Origin: a virus
Lineage: Duplodnaviria > Caudoviricetes
Direction: 5' to 3' (one strand)
DNA length: 64,000 nucleotides
IMG/VR virus record: IMGVR_UViG_2898748948_000004
Location: 1-64,000 of that record
The notes below the pieces were generated by a model, which was given only the letters and a program-made list of their open reading frames with translations, was not told where the DNA came from and ran no database searches. Below, in pieces: positions 1 through 8,855 of this stretch (positions are counted from its first letter, which is position 1; the number at the start of each line of letters is the position of its first letter). A program made the position numbers and the translations under genes.

Positions 1-258
1 CTAGTTTCCAGTAACCCGCTTCCAGTCGTTCATGGCGTCCTGTTTTTTCTTGTCAATGTGATCAGCCAACACCTTGGCATCCACAAACCATTTGCTTTTC
101 TGGCTGCCGAGTCGGTAAACAGGCACTGGCAGCTCGTTTGAGCGGGCATAGTCCAGTGCCTTCTTTAATGCGATTCCGAAATAATCCTCGCAGCACTTTT
201 CCAATGGGATATTTGTGTCGCCATATTTGGCGAGTAGGGCAAAGTGTGTGTTGCTCAT
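1..258 (-). CDS. PrtN (pyocin activator)-family HTH protein, probable excisionase
   Basis: 85 aa; pattern FALLAKYG..IPLEKCCEDYFG...LPVPVYRLGSQKS.WFV...LADHID resembles the PrtN family; last gene of the leftward operon, where an integrase would normally follow. Confidence 0.7.
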   Translation of the reverse strand: MSNTHFALLAKYGDTNIPLEKCCEDYFGIALKKALDYARSNELPVPVYRLGSQKSKWFVDAKVLADHIDKKKQDAMNDWKRVTGN

Positions 259-471
259 TGTTCTATTTGGTGAGCCCGAAGCGGGTGATAGCCGCTTCAG
301 GCGATTGGTGGTCGGTGTCGGTCAGAGTCCGGCACGGTTGAGCGCCTGCAGAGTGCTGCAGGTCGTGGCTGGATCAGTCTGGGTGCGTGGCTGGCGCTGG
401 TAGCAGGGAGCGAACCCAGTCCGCGCCGGCGGCCACGCCATCGGACGCGGAGCGTTGGCCGTATTCAATGG

Positions 472-684
472 CTACGGACTGAGGTGCCTTGTGCCGGCAG
501 CAAGGCGGACAGCGTGGATCTCCGGCCCCTTGCGGATTGCCGGGGCCATGCCAATCCAGGCTGGTGCGGCAGTAGCCGTACTTGATTGACCAGTCATTGC
601 CGGGCGGCGCTGGCCGGGTGCTGCACAGGTACGGTGAAACTCCATCACCATGCGCGGCCGTAGGGTCTTGGGATAGGGAGTCAT
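472..684 (-). CDS. Hypothetical protein (70 aa)
   Basis: ATG overlaps the upstream stop (TGATG at 682-686). Confidence 0.4.
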   Translation of the reverse strand: MTPYPKTLRPRMVMEFHRTCAAPGQRRPAMTGQSSTATAAPAWIGMAPAIRKGPEIHAVRLAAGTRHLSP

Positions 685-1043
685 CAGCTGGCATGCTCTT
701 CGTCCTCATCGTTCCATGAGCCGTGAGCTATGTGAACTGTGCGTGAAACTATCCCGGGCGATGAGGTTGGGACGCGGTAGACATCGCCTGTTGGCCCCTT
801 GCGAATGGTCATGCCTTCGGGGATGTACTGCAGATCATCGAGCGCCTCTGGGAGCCCGCGGGATTCAGGATTCAACCCAAGCCCACGGATCTTCTTGCGA
901 ACTGCTTCCGGGCCTTTGCCAAGGGCCGTGGCAATGTTAGAGACGGCGATTCGGCCGGCGTTGCGCAGCAGGTACTCAATGTCTTCCTCGCACCAGCTAC
1001 CTCTGAGCAGCCTTGGGTTGTATTCGATCGCATCGGTGGTCAT
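684..1043 (-). CDS. Hypothetical protein with N-terminal HTH/Myb-like segment
   Basis: WCEEDIEYLLRNAG...IATALGKGPEAVRKK pattern; ATGA-coupled to the upstream gene. Confidence 0.55.
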   Translation of the reverse strand: MTTDAIEYNPRLLRGSWCEEDIEYLLRNAGRIAVSNIATALGKGPEAVRKKIRGLGLNPESRGLPEALDDLQYIPEGMTIRKGPTGDVYRVPTSSPGIVSRTVHIAHGSWNDEDEEHAS

Positions 1044-1876
1044 CCCAGCATCTCCTTGCTGATGGGCTTTACGTGTTCCCAGCTAGAGCCCGGCTGGCCA
1101 ACGGCATTGCTGCCGGTGCAGGCCAACTCGTGGTTATGGGCGCGAGGGCAGCGCTTGTTTCCGCACTCGGGGCAGACCACGAATCGCATGTCCTGCAAGG
1201 TGATGGGCCGGCAGGTGGAGCACCAGCACTCCGGCGCCTGCTGCTGGAGGTGGTTAAGAATCAAAAGCACATCCTCTGGGGATGGGTCGAAGTGAAATCC
1301 TTCCGCCCCGAACTTCTTGCACAGGGACAAATGTCGCTCAGTGGCATCCCTCACACGCCATAGCGCCTGCAATATGCCAGCGTCGAGTAAGCTGGCTTTC
1401 GCCAGGGCGGCGAGACGCTCTGCCAGCACCCGTTCCCCTGGTATGGGCGGTGATGCAATGAACCCGCGAGCGCCAATCTCCAAGTCCTTTTCCCCTCGAA
1501 GAAGGGCTTTCAGGTAGCCGAGCGCTTGCATGCGGTGGCCGTCGAACTGCAGCGCCAGCCGGCGCCAGCTGTCGGTGGCTTCGGTTTCTTCGACGAGTTC
1601 CTTGCGAGCCTCGGCGTTCATGGCGGCCTGCATGCGGTGTTGCTCAGTCATCTGATCCGCGCGCAGCTTTTGCTGAGCTGTGCGGCCAGCTTCTGCTACC
1701 AGCTCTGCCTCGAGTTTGGAATTTCGTGCACGCAGACTGTTAATCAAGTCGAAGTTCGGAGCTTGGCCAATAGGCGGTTTCCAAAGTTCGCCCCCGCAGT
1801 ATGTGTATCCCAGTGCCTGCAGCGTCTTGATCGCCGCGGTGGCCTCTGAATGTGTGGTCATGGTTTGTTCAGTCAA
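1040..1876 (-). CDS. Phage accessory protein with coiled coil and C-terminal Cys-rich Zn module
   Basis: C-terminal CWCSTC...CPECGNKRCPRAHNHELACTGSN module; coupled to neighbours. Confidence 0.7.
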   Translation of the reverse strand: MTEQTMTTHSEATAAIKTLQALGYTYCGGELWKPPIGQAPNFDLINSLRARNSKLEAELVAEAGRTAQQKLRADQMTEQHRMQAAMNAEARKELVEETEATDSWRRLALQFDGHRMQALGYLKALLRGEKDLEIGARGFIASPPIPGERVLAERLAALAKASLLDAGILQALWRVRDATERHLSLCKKFGAEGFHFDPSPEDVLLILNHLQQQAPECWCSTCRPITLQDMRFVVCPECGNKRCPRAHNHELACTGSNAVGQPGSSWEHVKPISKEMLG

Positions 1877-2162
1877 AGTTCAGGATACGGCTCGGTTCAA
1901 TAACGCCTGGCATGTCGTCAATCCAGATGTTTACGTGGTAGCCGGCTCTCTGCGCGGCGTCGCGCTTGTAGTCAGGGCCAGAGCAGATCACTCTCACGCT
2001 GTTGGGCAAGACCGGCTCGCGTGAGAAGTCCGGGATCTCACGGCGCGCCGTAACGCAGACAACGGTGTGACCACGGCGCTCGGCATCGCTGATGAACTGG
2101 CGCCAGAGGGTGGGGTCAGCTGTAAAGGTGTTGTCGTAGTCCAGGCCAAAGATCAAGCTCAT
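1869..2162 (-). CDS. Small HAD-superfamily hydrolase/phosphatase
   Basis: True start at 2162 (ATGA overlap with upstream stop); motif I GLDYDNT, motif II VTAR, C-terminal WIDD. Confidence 0.7.
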   Translation of the reverse strand: MSLIFGLDYDNTFTADPTLWRQFISDAERRGHTVVCVTARREIPDFSREPVLPNSVRVICSGPDYKRDAAQRAGYHVNIWIDDMPGVIEPSRILNFD

Positions 2163-2374
2163 GTTGTCGGCTTTCCGGCCAGCGCGGCCACAAGGTCGTT
2201 CAAAGGGTTGGACTCGTTGCTGTTGAGGTTGGGGGAGTCCACTTTTTTTTCGCCGCAATCGCAGCGGTAGATCCCTCGCAACGAGAAGCTGCTGCCTCGG
2301 CCGCCAACTTGCGAGTTGGTTGCGTTTTTCAGCCACTTCCATTGGTGGCGTGGCCCAAGGGTGCATTTCTTCAT
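2159..2374 (-). CDS. Hypothetical protein (71 aa)
   Basis: ATGA-coupled at both ends. Confidence 0.55.
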   Translation of the reverse strand: MKKCTLGPRHQWKWLKNATNSQVGGRGSSFSLRGIYRCDCGEKKVDSPNLNSNESNPLNDLVAALAGKPTT

Positions 2375-2655
2375 GCTTCAGGTGCTCCCACATAAATAGC
2401 AAACACCCTCACTGGTTCGGGGCCAAAGTGAGGGTGTTGAATGGTTTTCATGGTGTAGCCGCGCCACGGGAGCCGCATGCGACGGGCGGCGTCGGCTGCT
2501 TTTGGGTAGCCCAGCCTCAGCTCGATGCTGTCGAAGTGCCGCCCTTCCAGGCGTTTGCGCCAGTAGGGGTTGTCGAGGCGGTATTCCTCGGGCTTGGTGC
2601 CGGCGCGGATCTGCTCGAAATACTCTCGTTTGAGGGGCAGAACTAGGGTGCTCAT
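2371..2655 (-). CDS. ASCH-domain protein
   Basis: LPLKREYFEQIRAGTKPEEYR matches the ASCH signature (L.lk..yf..I..G.K..E.R). Confidence 0.75.
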   Translation of the reverse strand: MSTLVLPLKREYFEQIRAGTKPEEYRLDNPYWRKRLEGRHFDSIELRLGYPKAADAARRMRLPWRGYTMKTIQHPHFGPEPVRVFAIYVGAPEA

Positions 2656-2894
2656 GAGGGTGTATCCAGATCTGGAGGGGCCGGCTCCGGGTAGCGCAGG
2701 GCCCAGTTCGGATTGTTGAAAACAGAGCCAGCCACCTTTGCCAGCTCGGCTGCCTTGGCTTTGTCGCCAAAGCGCCAGAGGTGCCGCAGGTATCGAGAGA
2801 CATTGCCATAGGTGATGTCCCGGCCGTAGTGCGGAACGTTGAACCGGGCCAGGTCTTCCTGGCCGAAGAAAGGCAGTTCGGGCTGACTGGCCAT
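2652..2894 (-). CDS. Hypothetical protein (80 aa)
   Basis: In operon, ATGA-coupled downstream, GGAGG upstream. Confidence 0.55.
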   Translation of the reverse strand: MASQPELPFFGQEDLARFNVPHYGRDITYGNVSRYLRHLWRFGDKAKAAELAKVAGSVFNNPNWALRYPEPAPPDLDTPS

Positions 2895-2895
2895 T

Positions 2896-3576
2896 TCAGC
2901 CTCCCTTTTCTGCTTGGCTGGCGCTGGCCGGCGTGGTGACCAGCCCGCATGCCGGCGAGCTGTGCGTCAGGGAGTAGGAGAGCGGGATGAACTCTCTGAC
3001 CGTCTTGCAGCCAGGGCAGACATGGCGGTAGCTCTTGCCCGGTGGAATGTAGAAGCCAGAAGCCGGCGCATGCTCTGGGTGGATGCATGTTTGGTCTGCT
3101 GGTAGAACGAAGAAGGACGAAGTGATTCCCATCGTTTCCTCTCCATCAAGGGGTTGGGTGCGAGCCACCAGTGCCTTGATAGTTTCAGCGAGTGCTTTCA
3201 ATCCATCCGGCGTGTCTACGTGATAGCTTCCTACGGCGAGGCCCTTGTATTGCTCGGTTGGGCTGGGGCATCCGCAGTGGCCATTGACGCGGACGGCATT
3301 GCCATGCTTTGCATGCAGGGCCTCAGCTGCAGCCCATTCGATACCTGGCCCCTCGGCCATCCAGTAATACCAGGCGCGCTTGAACTGCCAGCCATGGAGA
3401 ACACCCATGACGGTGGTTTTTACTTCGCCCGAGGTTCGCCGAAGAAAGTCAGCCATGTATTCCGGCCCCTTGCCTTCATGCTCCTGCAGGGTCTGAATGC
3501 CGGCTGCTTTCAGCTCGGCACGCAGGATCTCGTCGGTGTCGGCATGGTCGCCGGCTCTGTTGGGAAAGCGGTTCAT
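2896..3576 (-). CDS. Hypothetical protein with C-terminal Cys/His cluster
   Basis: 226 aa, coupled; CIHPEH...HVCPGC. Confidence 0.6.
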   Translation of the reverse strand: MNRFPNRAGDHADTDEILRAELKAAGIQTLQEHEGKGPEYMADFLRRTSGEVKTTVMGVLHGWQFKRAWYYWMAEGPGIEWAAAEALHAKHGNAVRVNGHCGCPSPTEQYKGLAVGSYHVDTPDGLKALAETIKALVARTQPLDGEETMGITSSFFVLPADQTCIHPEHAPASGFYIPPGKSYRHVCPGCKTVREFIPLSYSLTHSSPACGLVTTPASASQAEKGG

Positions 3577-3890
3577 CGATCATCCCCCGTGGTTGGCCGG
3601 CAGCCTGGGAGCTGCGGAACGCCTCGGGTGAGGGCGGCTCGGTTTTCCTGCATCTGGGCTTCGATCTCCGCTCTCGGCCTGCTTTCATGGAGCATCGCCG
3701 CAAGCAGGCTCTGCGTTTCCTCCAGAGCCTTGAACAAGTCCGGTGCAGACTCCATCAAGCTGGCGTCTTCGGGCTTTGGGTCTTCGTCAAAGCAGCAGAT
3801 CACGGTACCGTCAGCACCATCAATCTGAGAGCAATACCCGCTTTCGCTCCTGAACTGCCACGGCCCGTTGGTGTATTTCGTGTTGCTCAT
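3573..3890 (-). CDS. Phage hypothetical protein (TxGPW...APDL type)
   Basis: YTNGPW...LMESAPDLFKAL; same module type as the protein at 39414-40058 (RRLAACWNAC). Confidence 0.6.
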   Translation of the reverse strand: MSNTKYTNGPWQFRSESGYCSQIDGADGTVICCFDEDPKPEDASLMESAPDLFKALEETQSLLAAMLHESRPRAEIEAQMQENRAALTRGVPQLPGCRPTTGDDR

Positions 3891-3893
3891 GTC

Positions 3894-5165
3894 TTATTTC
3901 CCACTTGCTGCCGCGTTAGCGGCACGGTCAATTGCTTCAAGGCTGGCTTTGTGATCCAGAGGAAAGCCATCCGCGTCATGTAGTGCCGCTCCGAGCGCAT
4001 CCATCCCGTCACGGCGAATCTCAGACAGCACGAATGCCAGGCGCAGTGCATCCTGCGTCTGAGGTGCGTGCATGGGCAGGGGGGAGTGCTTCGGCTTGGC
4101 TGCCTGCTTGGCCCTGATGGCTTCAACCTTCGTCCAGATACGCGCCAGCTCCGCTTCCCCGCAGGCGTGCATGTCCAGGCCACTGGCCAGGCAGAGCGCC
4201 GCAAGGGTGACCATCACGCCGCCTGCCTCTTGCATGGGATCGCCCACAGGCCGTGCAAATACATAATCCACCAGCTGGTGCGCTTCGCTGGCCGTGCTGC
4301 CGCAGGACTGCACCAGTTCCAAGGCCTCTTCCAAAAAGCGGTGGTTGCGCTCAATGCGATCGGCCGAGATTTCAGGGCCGAAGCAGGCCATCATCCAGGG
4401 CTGCACCCGTTGCTGGAATGCCAGCGCCTGGAGCTGCAGCTCGAGGTGCTCGCCATCAGCCTTGACCAGCTCCTTGATGGCTCCGGTCAGGTAAGACCAC
4501 GCGAAATTGACGCCTTCATGCCCCAGTGCCGCGGCGATCTTCATTCGCGCCTTCTGGTCAGCCTGGGCCCGGTGGGTGAGATTTGCGACTACCTTGCATG
4601 CAGGCTCCAGCAAGTCTGTAACCACTGAATCGCCTTGCCACTCGTTGCTTCCGACAGCGGTGTTGATCGCTTCAACCAGCTTGAGGGGCAACGTCATTGC
4701 CTTGGTACAGTCAGTGCAGTCACATCGCTGGCAATCTTCGGCAACTGCAATCGCTTCCCGCAGATCGTGCGTTGTCGGCCGCGCGCCAATCAGGCCATTG
4801 GATACCCAACGAATTACAGAACCCTCTGCTGCAGGTGCGGATACTCCGCCCAGCAGGGCGCGCACTTGCTGCTCTGTATAGAGCTTTGTGCCGCGTACCA
4901 CAGTGTCTATGAGCCATTTCACATCAGGCTTCTTGCGCCACTCGAATGTCACTACAGCGGCAGGCTCAGGCAGCACAAGGTGCTCAGCTGCTTCGGGTAT
5001 TGCTTCAAGCGCTGCAGCTGCTGCCATATGTTCGTCATAGGCGGCTTTGGCGTCAGGCTCGCGCTCCCAGTCATCTCGGTTGATGCTAGTTGTGTGCGAT
5101 TGCTGAAGTTCTTTGGCGACGTTGCGCAGCAGGCGCACGGCTGTCGCTATCGTTGCTGTATTCAT
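3894..5165 (-). CDS. Mosaic accessory protein with C-terminal MazG-like (NTP pyrophosphatase) domain
   Basis: Probable start ATG 5165; RFLEEALELVQ...QEAGGVMVTLAALC all-alpha EExxE pattern; carries the RALLxGVSAPA linker. Confidence 0.65.
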   Translation of the reverse strand: MNTATIATAVRLLRNVAKELQQSHTTSINRDDWEREPDAKAAYDEHMAAAAALEAIPEAAEHLVLPEPAAVVTFEWRKKPDVKWLIDTVVRGTKLYTEQQVRALLGGVSAPAAEGSVIRWVSNGLIGARPTTHDLREAIAVAEDCQRCDCTDCTKAMTLPLKLVEAINTAVGSNEWQGDSVVTDLLEPACKVVANLTHRAQADQKARMKIAAALGHEGVNFAWSYLTGAIKELVKADGEHLELQLQALAFQQRVQPWMMACFGPEISADRIERNHRFLEEALELVQSCGSTASEAHQLVDYVFARPVGDPMQEAGGVMVTLAALCLASGLDMHACGEAELARIWTKVEAIRAKQAAKPKHSPLPMHAPQTQDALRLAFVLSEIRRDGMDALGAALHDADGFPLDHKASLEAIDRAANAAASGK

Positions 5166-5204
5166 GGTGCTATCCTGTTTTCCCGTTTTTGGCCGGGAGG
5201 TCAT

Positions 5205-5372
5205 ATGTGGACATGCAAGAGCTGCGGCTTGCTGGTGATGTTCAGTGCCGTTGATCCTGAGATAGATACACGCGGCTGCTACTTCCTGTGCCCTGGGTGT
5301 GAGCACAGGAATACGCTGATCAACGTTGATCGATCTGGCGACGGGGTAGCGCTGGCTCAGCCTTTGGATTGA
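5205..5372 (+). CDS. Small Zn-ribbon protein, antisense to the early operon (55 aa)
   Basis: GGGAGG 4 nt before ATG 5205; MWTCKSCG...CYFLCPGCEH (two CxxC pairs); fills the gap between two minus-strand genes. Confidence 0.55.
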   Translation: MWTCKSCGLLVMFSAVDPEIDTRGCYFLCPGCEHRNTLINVDRSGDGVALAQPLD

Positions 5373-5755
5373 GCGGCTGCCTTGGCTGCGATGCGGGCGC
5401 TCTTGAGGTCGCCTGCATGTGTGGCGTATTTCGATGCCATCGCCTCATAGTGATCCTGCAGGCCGCGCAGTGCGCGTGCCAGCGTGCCGTCCTTGTGCTC
5501 GTGCAGCCAGCGCGACCGTGTGCCGTAGCCCGATGACTTCGCGCTGTAGGTCACATGCCCGTTGTCTTCGCGGCGGGTGACCTCCAGCGTGGACAGCCGA
5601 TTGCTGCCGCTTGATTTCGTGCCGGTTGCCGTGTACACGCTCAATCCCTCCGGCGCTGGCACCGCTTTGCGAAGCCATGCCGGATCGCGGTGAACCGTCC
5701 AGCAGTAGCCCGGCATGATCTTCACCAGTTCGGCGCGGAATTCGTTGCTGTTCAT
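5357..5755 (-). CDS. Hypothetical protein (132 aa)
   Basis: ATGA-coupled, GGGAGA upstream. Confidence 0.6.
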   Translation of the reverse strand: MNSNEFRAELVKIMPGYCWTVHRDPAWLRKAVPAPEGLSVYTATGTKSSGSNRLSTLEVTRREDNGHVTYSAKSSGYGTRSRWLHEHKDGTLARALRGLQDHYEAMASKYATHAGDLKSARIAAKAAAQSKG

Positions 5756-6009
5756 GCTGCATCTCCCTGCTGGGTTGCCTGGGCTTCATACGGAAACAGT
5801 TGCATGGGTCGGAAGGTTTCGATCTTCCCGCTCTGCATCTGCATAACGATTGCGTAGCCGCTGGCATGCTTCAGACTGACGACTCCTATTTGCTGGCCAA
5901 CTTGGCCGGATCGGGAATCGCCAGATCCAGCACGCCACCATGGTCCATCTTCGATCGCGGTGTAGTCCACCAACTTCGACAGATCTATTCCTTTGGCGAT
6001 TCCCATCAC
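5752..6009 (-). CDS. Hypothetical protein (85 aa)
   Basis: Coupled in operon. Confidence 0.55.
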   Translation of the reverse strand: MMGIAKGIDLSKLVDYTAIEDGPWWRAGSGDSRSGQVGQQIGVVSLKHASGYAIVMQMQSGKIETFRPMQLFPYEAQATQQGDAA

Positions 6010-6698
6010 TCACCCCCTTGCGCTGCCTGGGCGGCGATGGCGGCGTCAATCCCTGACTCGGCCTCTGCAAGATCGGCACACAGCAAGCCAATCCCATCCA
6101 GAACCATTGGGTAAAACTCCGCCTGCTCGCGGCACCAGCGATAGCGCTTCGCATCCCGCGCGTCTGCCTGCGCCTGGGGTGCAGAGATCCGTGCATGAGC
6201 CTGTGCCATGCGGAAAATGCTTTTCGCGTGCCAGTCCGGGTCAAGAATGATGGTGTCGGCCGGATAGTTCTTTGCAAACCATTCGCGGAAGCTGTCTGGC
6301 GTATTCGCCAGCGCAGCCGGTGCAGATACTCCGGCTAGCAGGGCGCGTAGCTTGGCTTCAATGGGATTCTTCAGGCTTTTTGCTGATGCAAACTGAGCAT
6401 TAAACTTTTCATGCGAATCAAGCAGTAGCTCTCCAGCTTTCATTGCAGAGTCCATTGCCGTCCCTACCAACTCCATAACTTCATTAACCGCTGCATCAGG
6501 ATCAGGCGGTGCCACTGGCGCAACTGCGACGTTGTTCGTTGTGGCCAACTGAGCGCCAGGCGGGACAATCAGCATGCCTTTAGGGTCGCTTGCAATATCT
6601 CGCGCATCGCGGGGCTCGCCCGTGTACGGATTGAACAGCACTGGCGGCACGTATCGGCCAACCGGCGCGACATACCCAGTTGTGTGGGCTTTATTCAT
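6006..6698 (-). CDS. Mosaic accessory protein (230 aa)
   Basis: Contains NPYTGEPRDARDIASDP and RALLAGVSAPA modules shared with neighbours. Confidence 0.65.
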   Translation of the reverse strand: MNKAHTTGYVAPVGRYVPPVLFNPYTGEPRDARDIASDPKGMLIVPPGAQLATTNNVAVAPVAPPDPDAAVNEVMELVGTAMDSAMKAGELLLDSHEKFNAQFASAKSLKNPIEAKLRALLAGVSAPAALANTPDSFREWFAKNYPADTIILDPDWHAKSIFRMAQAHARISAPQAQADARDAKRYRWCREQAEFYPMVLDGIGLLCADLAEAESGIDAAIAAQAAQGGE

Positions 6699-6822
6699 GG
6701 TTTTCTTCCTCGGGCGGAGCCTTGGCCCAGCGGTATGCCGCTGCGATGCCGAAGGCCAGGATGATCAAAAGGAACACGGCCCATTCCATGAGCCAGCGGT
6801 ATTCGGTTGCTGCGCAGTTCAT
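6691..6822 (-). CDS. Small single-pass membrane peptide (43 aa)
   Basis: ATG 6822 overlaps the upstream stop; hydrophobic WAVFLLIILAFGIAAAY. Confidence 0.45.
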   Translation of the reverse strand: MNCAATEYRWLMEWAVFLLIILAFGIAAAYRWAKAPPEEENHE

Positions 6823-8381
6823 GGTTGGCCTGCGTTGGGATTTCCGTCCGGGTAAGCACCGCCGCGCGTTTCCCACTGCTCGCGCATTAGCTTTCCAAGC
6901 TCCGCGGCTCCGTTACCAGCGATGGTCATGCCCTGGTGCTGGGGCACAGCTGCTGCAGGGGAGGCGGAAAGGCTAGCTGCGGTGGCTGACAGAAGCACTT
7001 CCCCGCGCTCCACGCCATCACGCGCGTCCGGCTGAATAACTCGCTCCAACGATTCCAAGGTTCGGTCTCGCAACTCGTGTTGCTCAGGGCCGCAAAGCGA
7101 AATCAGCTCTTTCATCCAATGAACCGGCACCGATACGCGGGACTCGGAAGCAGGTGCAGATACTCCGGCCAGCAGGGCGCGCACTGTGTCAGCATGGAAA
7201 GCGCCGGTTGCAGTACCGTCATTACTCCAGCACTGCCAGCCACGATCAGGGTGGATGGTTGCGCCAGGTCGCACCCAGAAATCAGGCTCAGGCAGAACCT
7301 CTGGAGCAGCTGCTAGAACCTCGGGTAGGGTGTAGACAGTCTCTGCTCGGTGATCATTGTGAATAATGAGGTCTGCCGGGTGGCGATAGAAAAGATCCAC
7401 TCCGGCGGGCGTCGTTACGACATATCCGAATGGCTGAGGGATTGTCCTCGCCACTGGCGCAGCTGCTGCCGCCAGCAGTTTCTGAACCTCGGCTATTGGA
7501 TCGCCTTCCTCTTCCATGCCCAGCGCGGTCAGGATTCGACAGTAGTTGTTCGCGTCCTCTTTCGTGACGGTCACCATGTCGGGCGCAGCTGCTGCCGGGG
7601 CGGCAACCAGTGGACCCGGTGCCACGATCAGCTTGCCTTCTGGGTCACTTGCGATGTCGCGTGCATCTCGCGGCTTCCCTGTATGCGGGTTGTGCGTGAC
7701 GATTCGTGCAGAGTTGAATTCGACCATCGCATGGTCCCCACACTTGCGGCAGCGAATCTGCATATGGTCGCCGAGCTGTCCTGGCGCAGCAGCTGCTGCC
7801 GGGGTGGCGGCAAGCGCGGCGCGGGCCTTCCATGCCTCAAGTGCATCGTGCGCGTCATCCCAGATTTGCTCATGCTCTTTTGCAGAGGATCGGTCAGTTA
7901 AAGCAGCCATTGAGGCCTCAAGCAGCTTCTCAAAAGCTGCGATCCCATCAGGCACTGCCACGGCTGCGGGCGCTGCCTGGGGCACTGGGAAGAGTTCGCG
8001 CAGCTTAGCTGCCATTTCCGCCGTGACAGCCATGTTCACGCTGTAATTGCCAAGATCCTTGAGGGCGCGGCATGCATCGAGGGCTGTGATTCCAAGGTCG
8101 CGGGCAATGTCGCGGATCAGCAGCGGCAGCGGCGCTGCTTGGTCAACTCGAGGGGCATGAGGGAAGTTGGCCCACCAGTTCACAGCGCTCAGAAAGTCAT
8201 GGGCACTGATCAGATACTGGTCTTCATTGCATGGGGTCTGGTCTGCTGCTGCAAACTTTGCCGAGATGAAGTCGGCATGGAAGAAGTCTCGAACATCCTT
8301 GGCGTCTTTTGGCCAGGCAATGGGCAGCGCTGGTTGCAACGGGGGGGACTCCGGTATCTGGTTGGTGACTTCGGTATGCAT
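6819..8381 (-). CDS. Mosaic accessory protein (520 aa)
   Basis: Ala/Pro linkers separate modules; shares three repeat modules with genes at 3894, 6006 and 16188; AGGAG RBS. Confidence 0.7.
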   Translation of the reverse strand: MHTEVTNQIPESPPLQPALPIAWPKDAKDVRDFFHADFISAKFAAADQTPCNEDQYLISAHDFLSAVNWWANFPHAPRVDQAAPLPLLIRDIARDLGITALDACRALKDLGNYSVNMAVTAEMAAKLRELFPVPQAAPAAVAVPDGIAAFEKLLEASMAALTDRSSAKEHEQIWDDAHDALEAWKARAALAATPAAAAAPGQLGDHMQIRCRKCGDHAMVEFNSARIVTHNPHTGKPRDARDIASDPEGKLIVAPGPLVAAPAAAAPDMVTVTKEDANNYCRILTALGMEEEGDPIAEVQKLLAAAAAPVARTIPQPFGYVVTTPAGVDLFYRHPADLIIHNDHRAETVYTLPEVLAAAPEVLPEPDFWVRPGATIHPDRGWQCWSNDGTATGAFHADTVRALLAGVSAPASESRVSVPVHWMKELISLCGPEQHELRDRTLESLERVIQPDARDGVERGEVLLSATAASLSASPAAAVPQHQGMTIAGNGAAELGKLMREQWETRGGAYPDGNPNAGQP

Positions 8382-8441
8382 CGGTGCTCCTGAAAAAATG
8401 AAGCCCGCTCGATGGCGGGCTGTGTGGCGGTGAGCTGGGTG

Positions 8442-8798
8442 TCAGCGGCGCTTGGCTTTTTTGCGCGCCGCCGCCAACTCGGTACCCATTTGCTTGGTAA
8501 AGCGGCGCTCGTTGTTGATGATGGTTTGAAGCTGGCTGGCCAATCGACGACTGCGGGCGGCCTCGCTGCTGGCCAGGGCCAGCGCCTCGGCCGAAGCGCG
8601 CAACTGGCGGTCTTTGCCTTCCACAGTGACCTGCATTTCGTCCAGTTCGACGTTCAGGCGCTCGATGTCAGCCCGCGCCTGGGCCAGCTCTGCCTGGCTC
8701 TGCTGCAGCTGCGGCTGAGCGATTCGGGAGATCCAGCTCAAGACTTTTTCAGTGAGGCTGGCGCTGGGGAGGGGTTTACTGGGGTTGCTTGCTGTCAT
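8442..8798 (-). CDS. Coiled-coil hypothetical protein
   Basis: Heptad-like Q/E/L/A pattern. Confidence 0.55.
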   Translation of the reverse strand: MTASNPSKPLPSASLTEKVLSWISRIAQPQLQQSQAELAQARADIERLNVELDEMQVTVEGKDRQLRASAEALALASSEAARSRRLASQLQTIINNERRFTKQMGTELAAARKKAKRR

Positions 8799-8855
8799 TG
8801 CTATTTGCAGGCCTTTGCTTTCTTGTCGAGGCCTGGCCTTTGTTGATTGATGGAA

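Noticed and set aside
374-709. 111-aa ORF overlapping 472-684, or a frameshifted gene
   Set aside because: The 70-aa frame has the coupled start; no evidence favours a frameshift join
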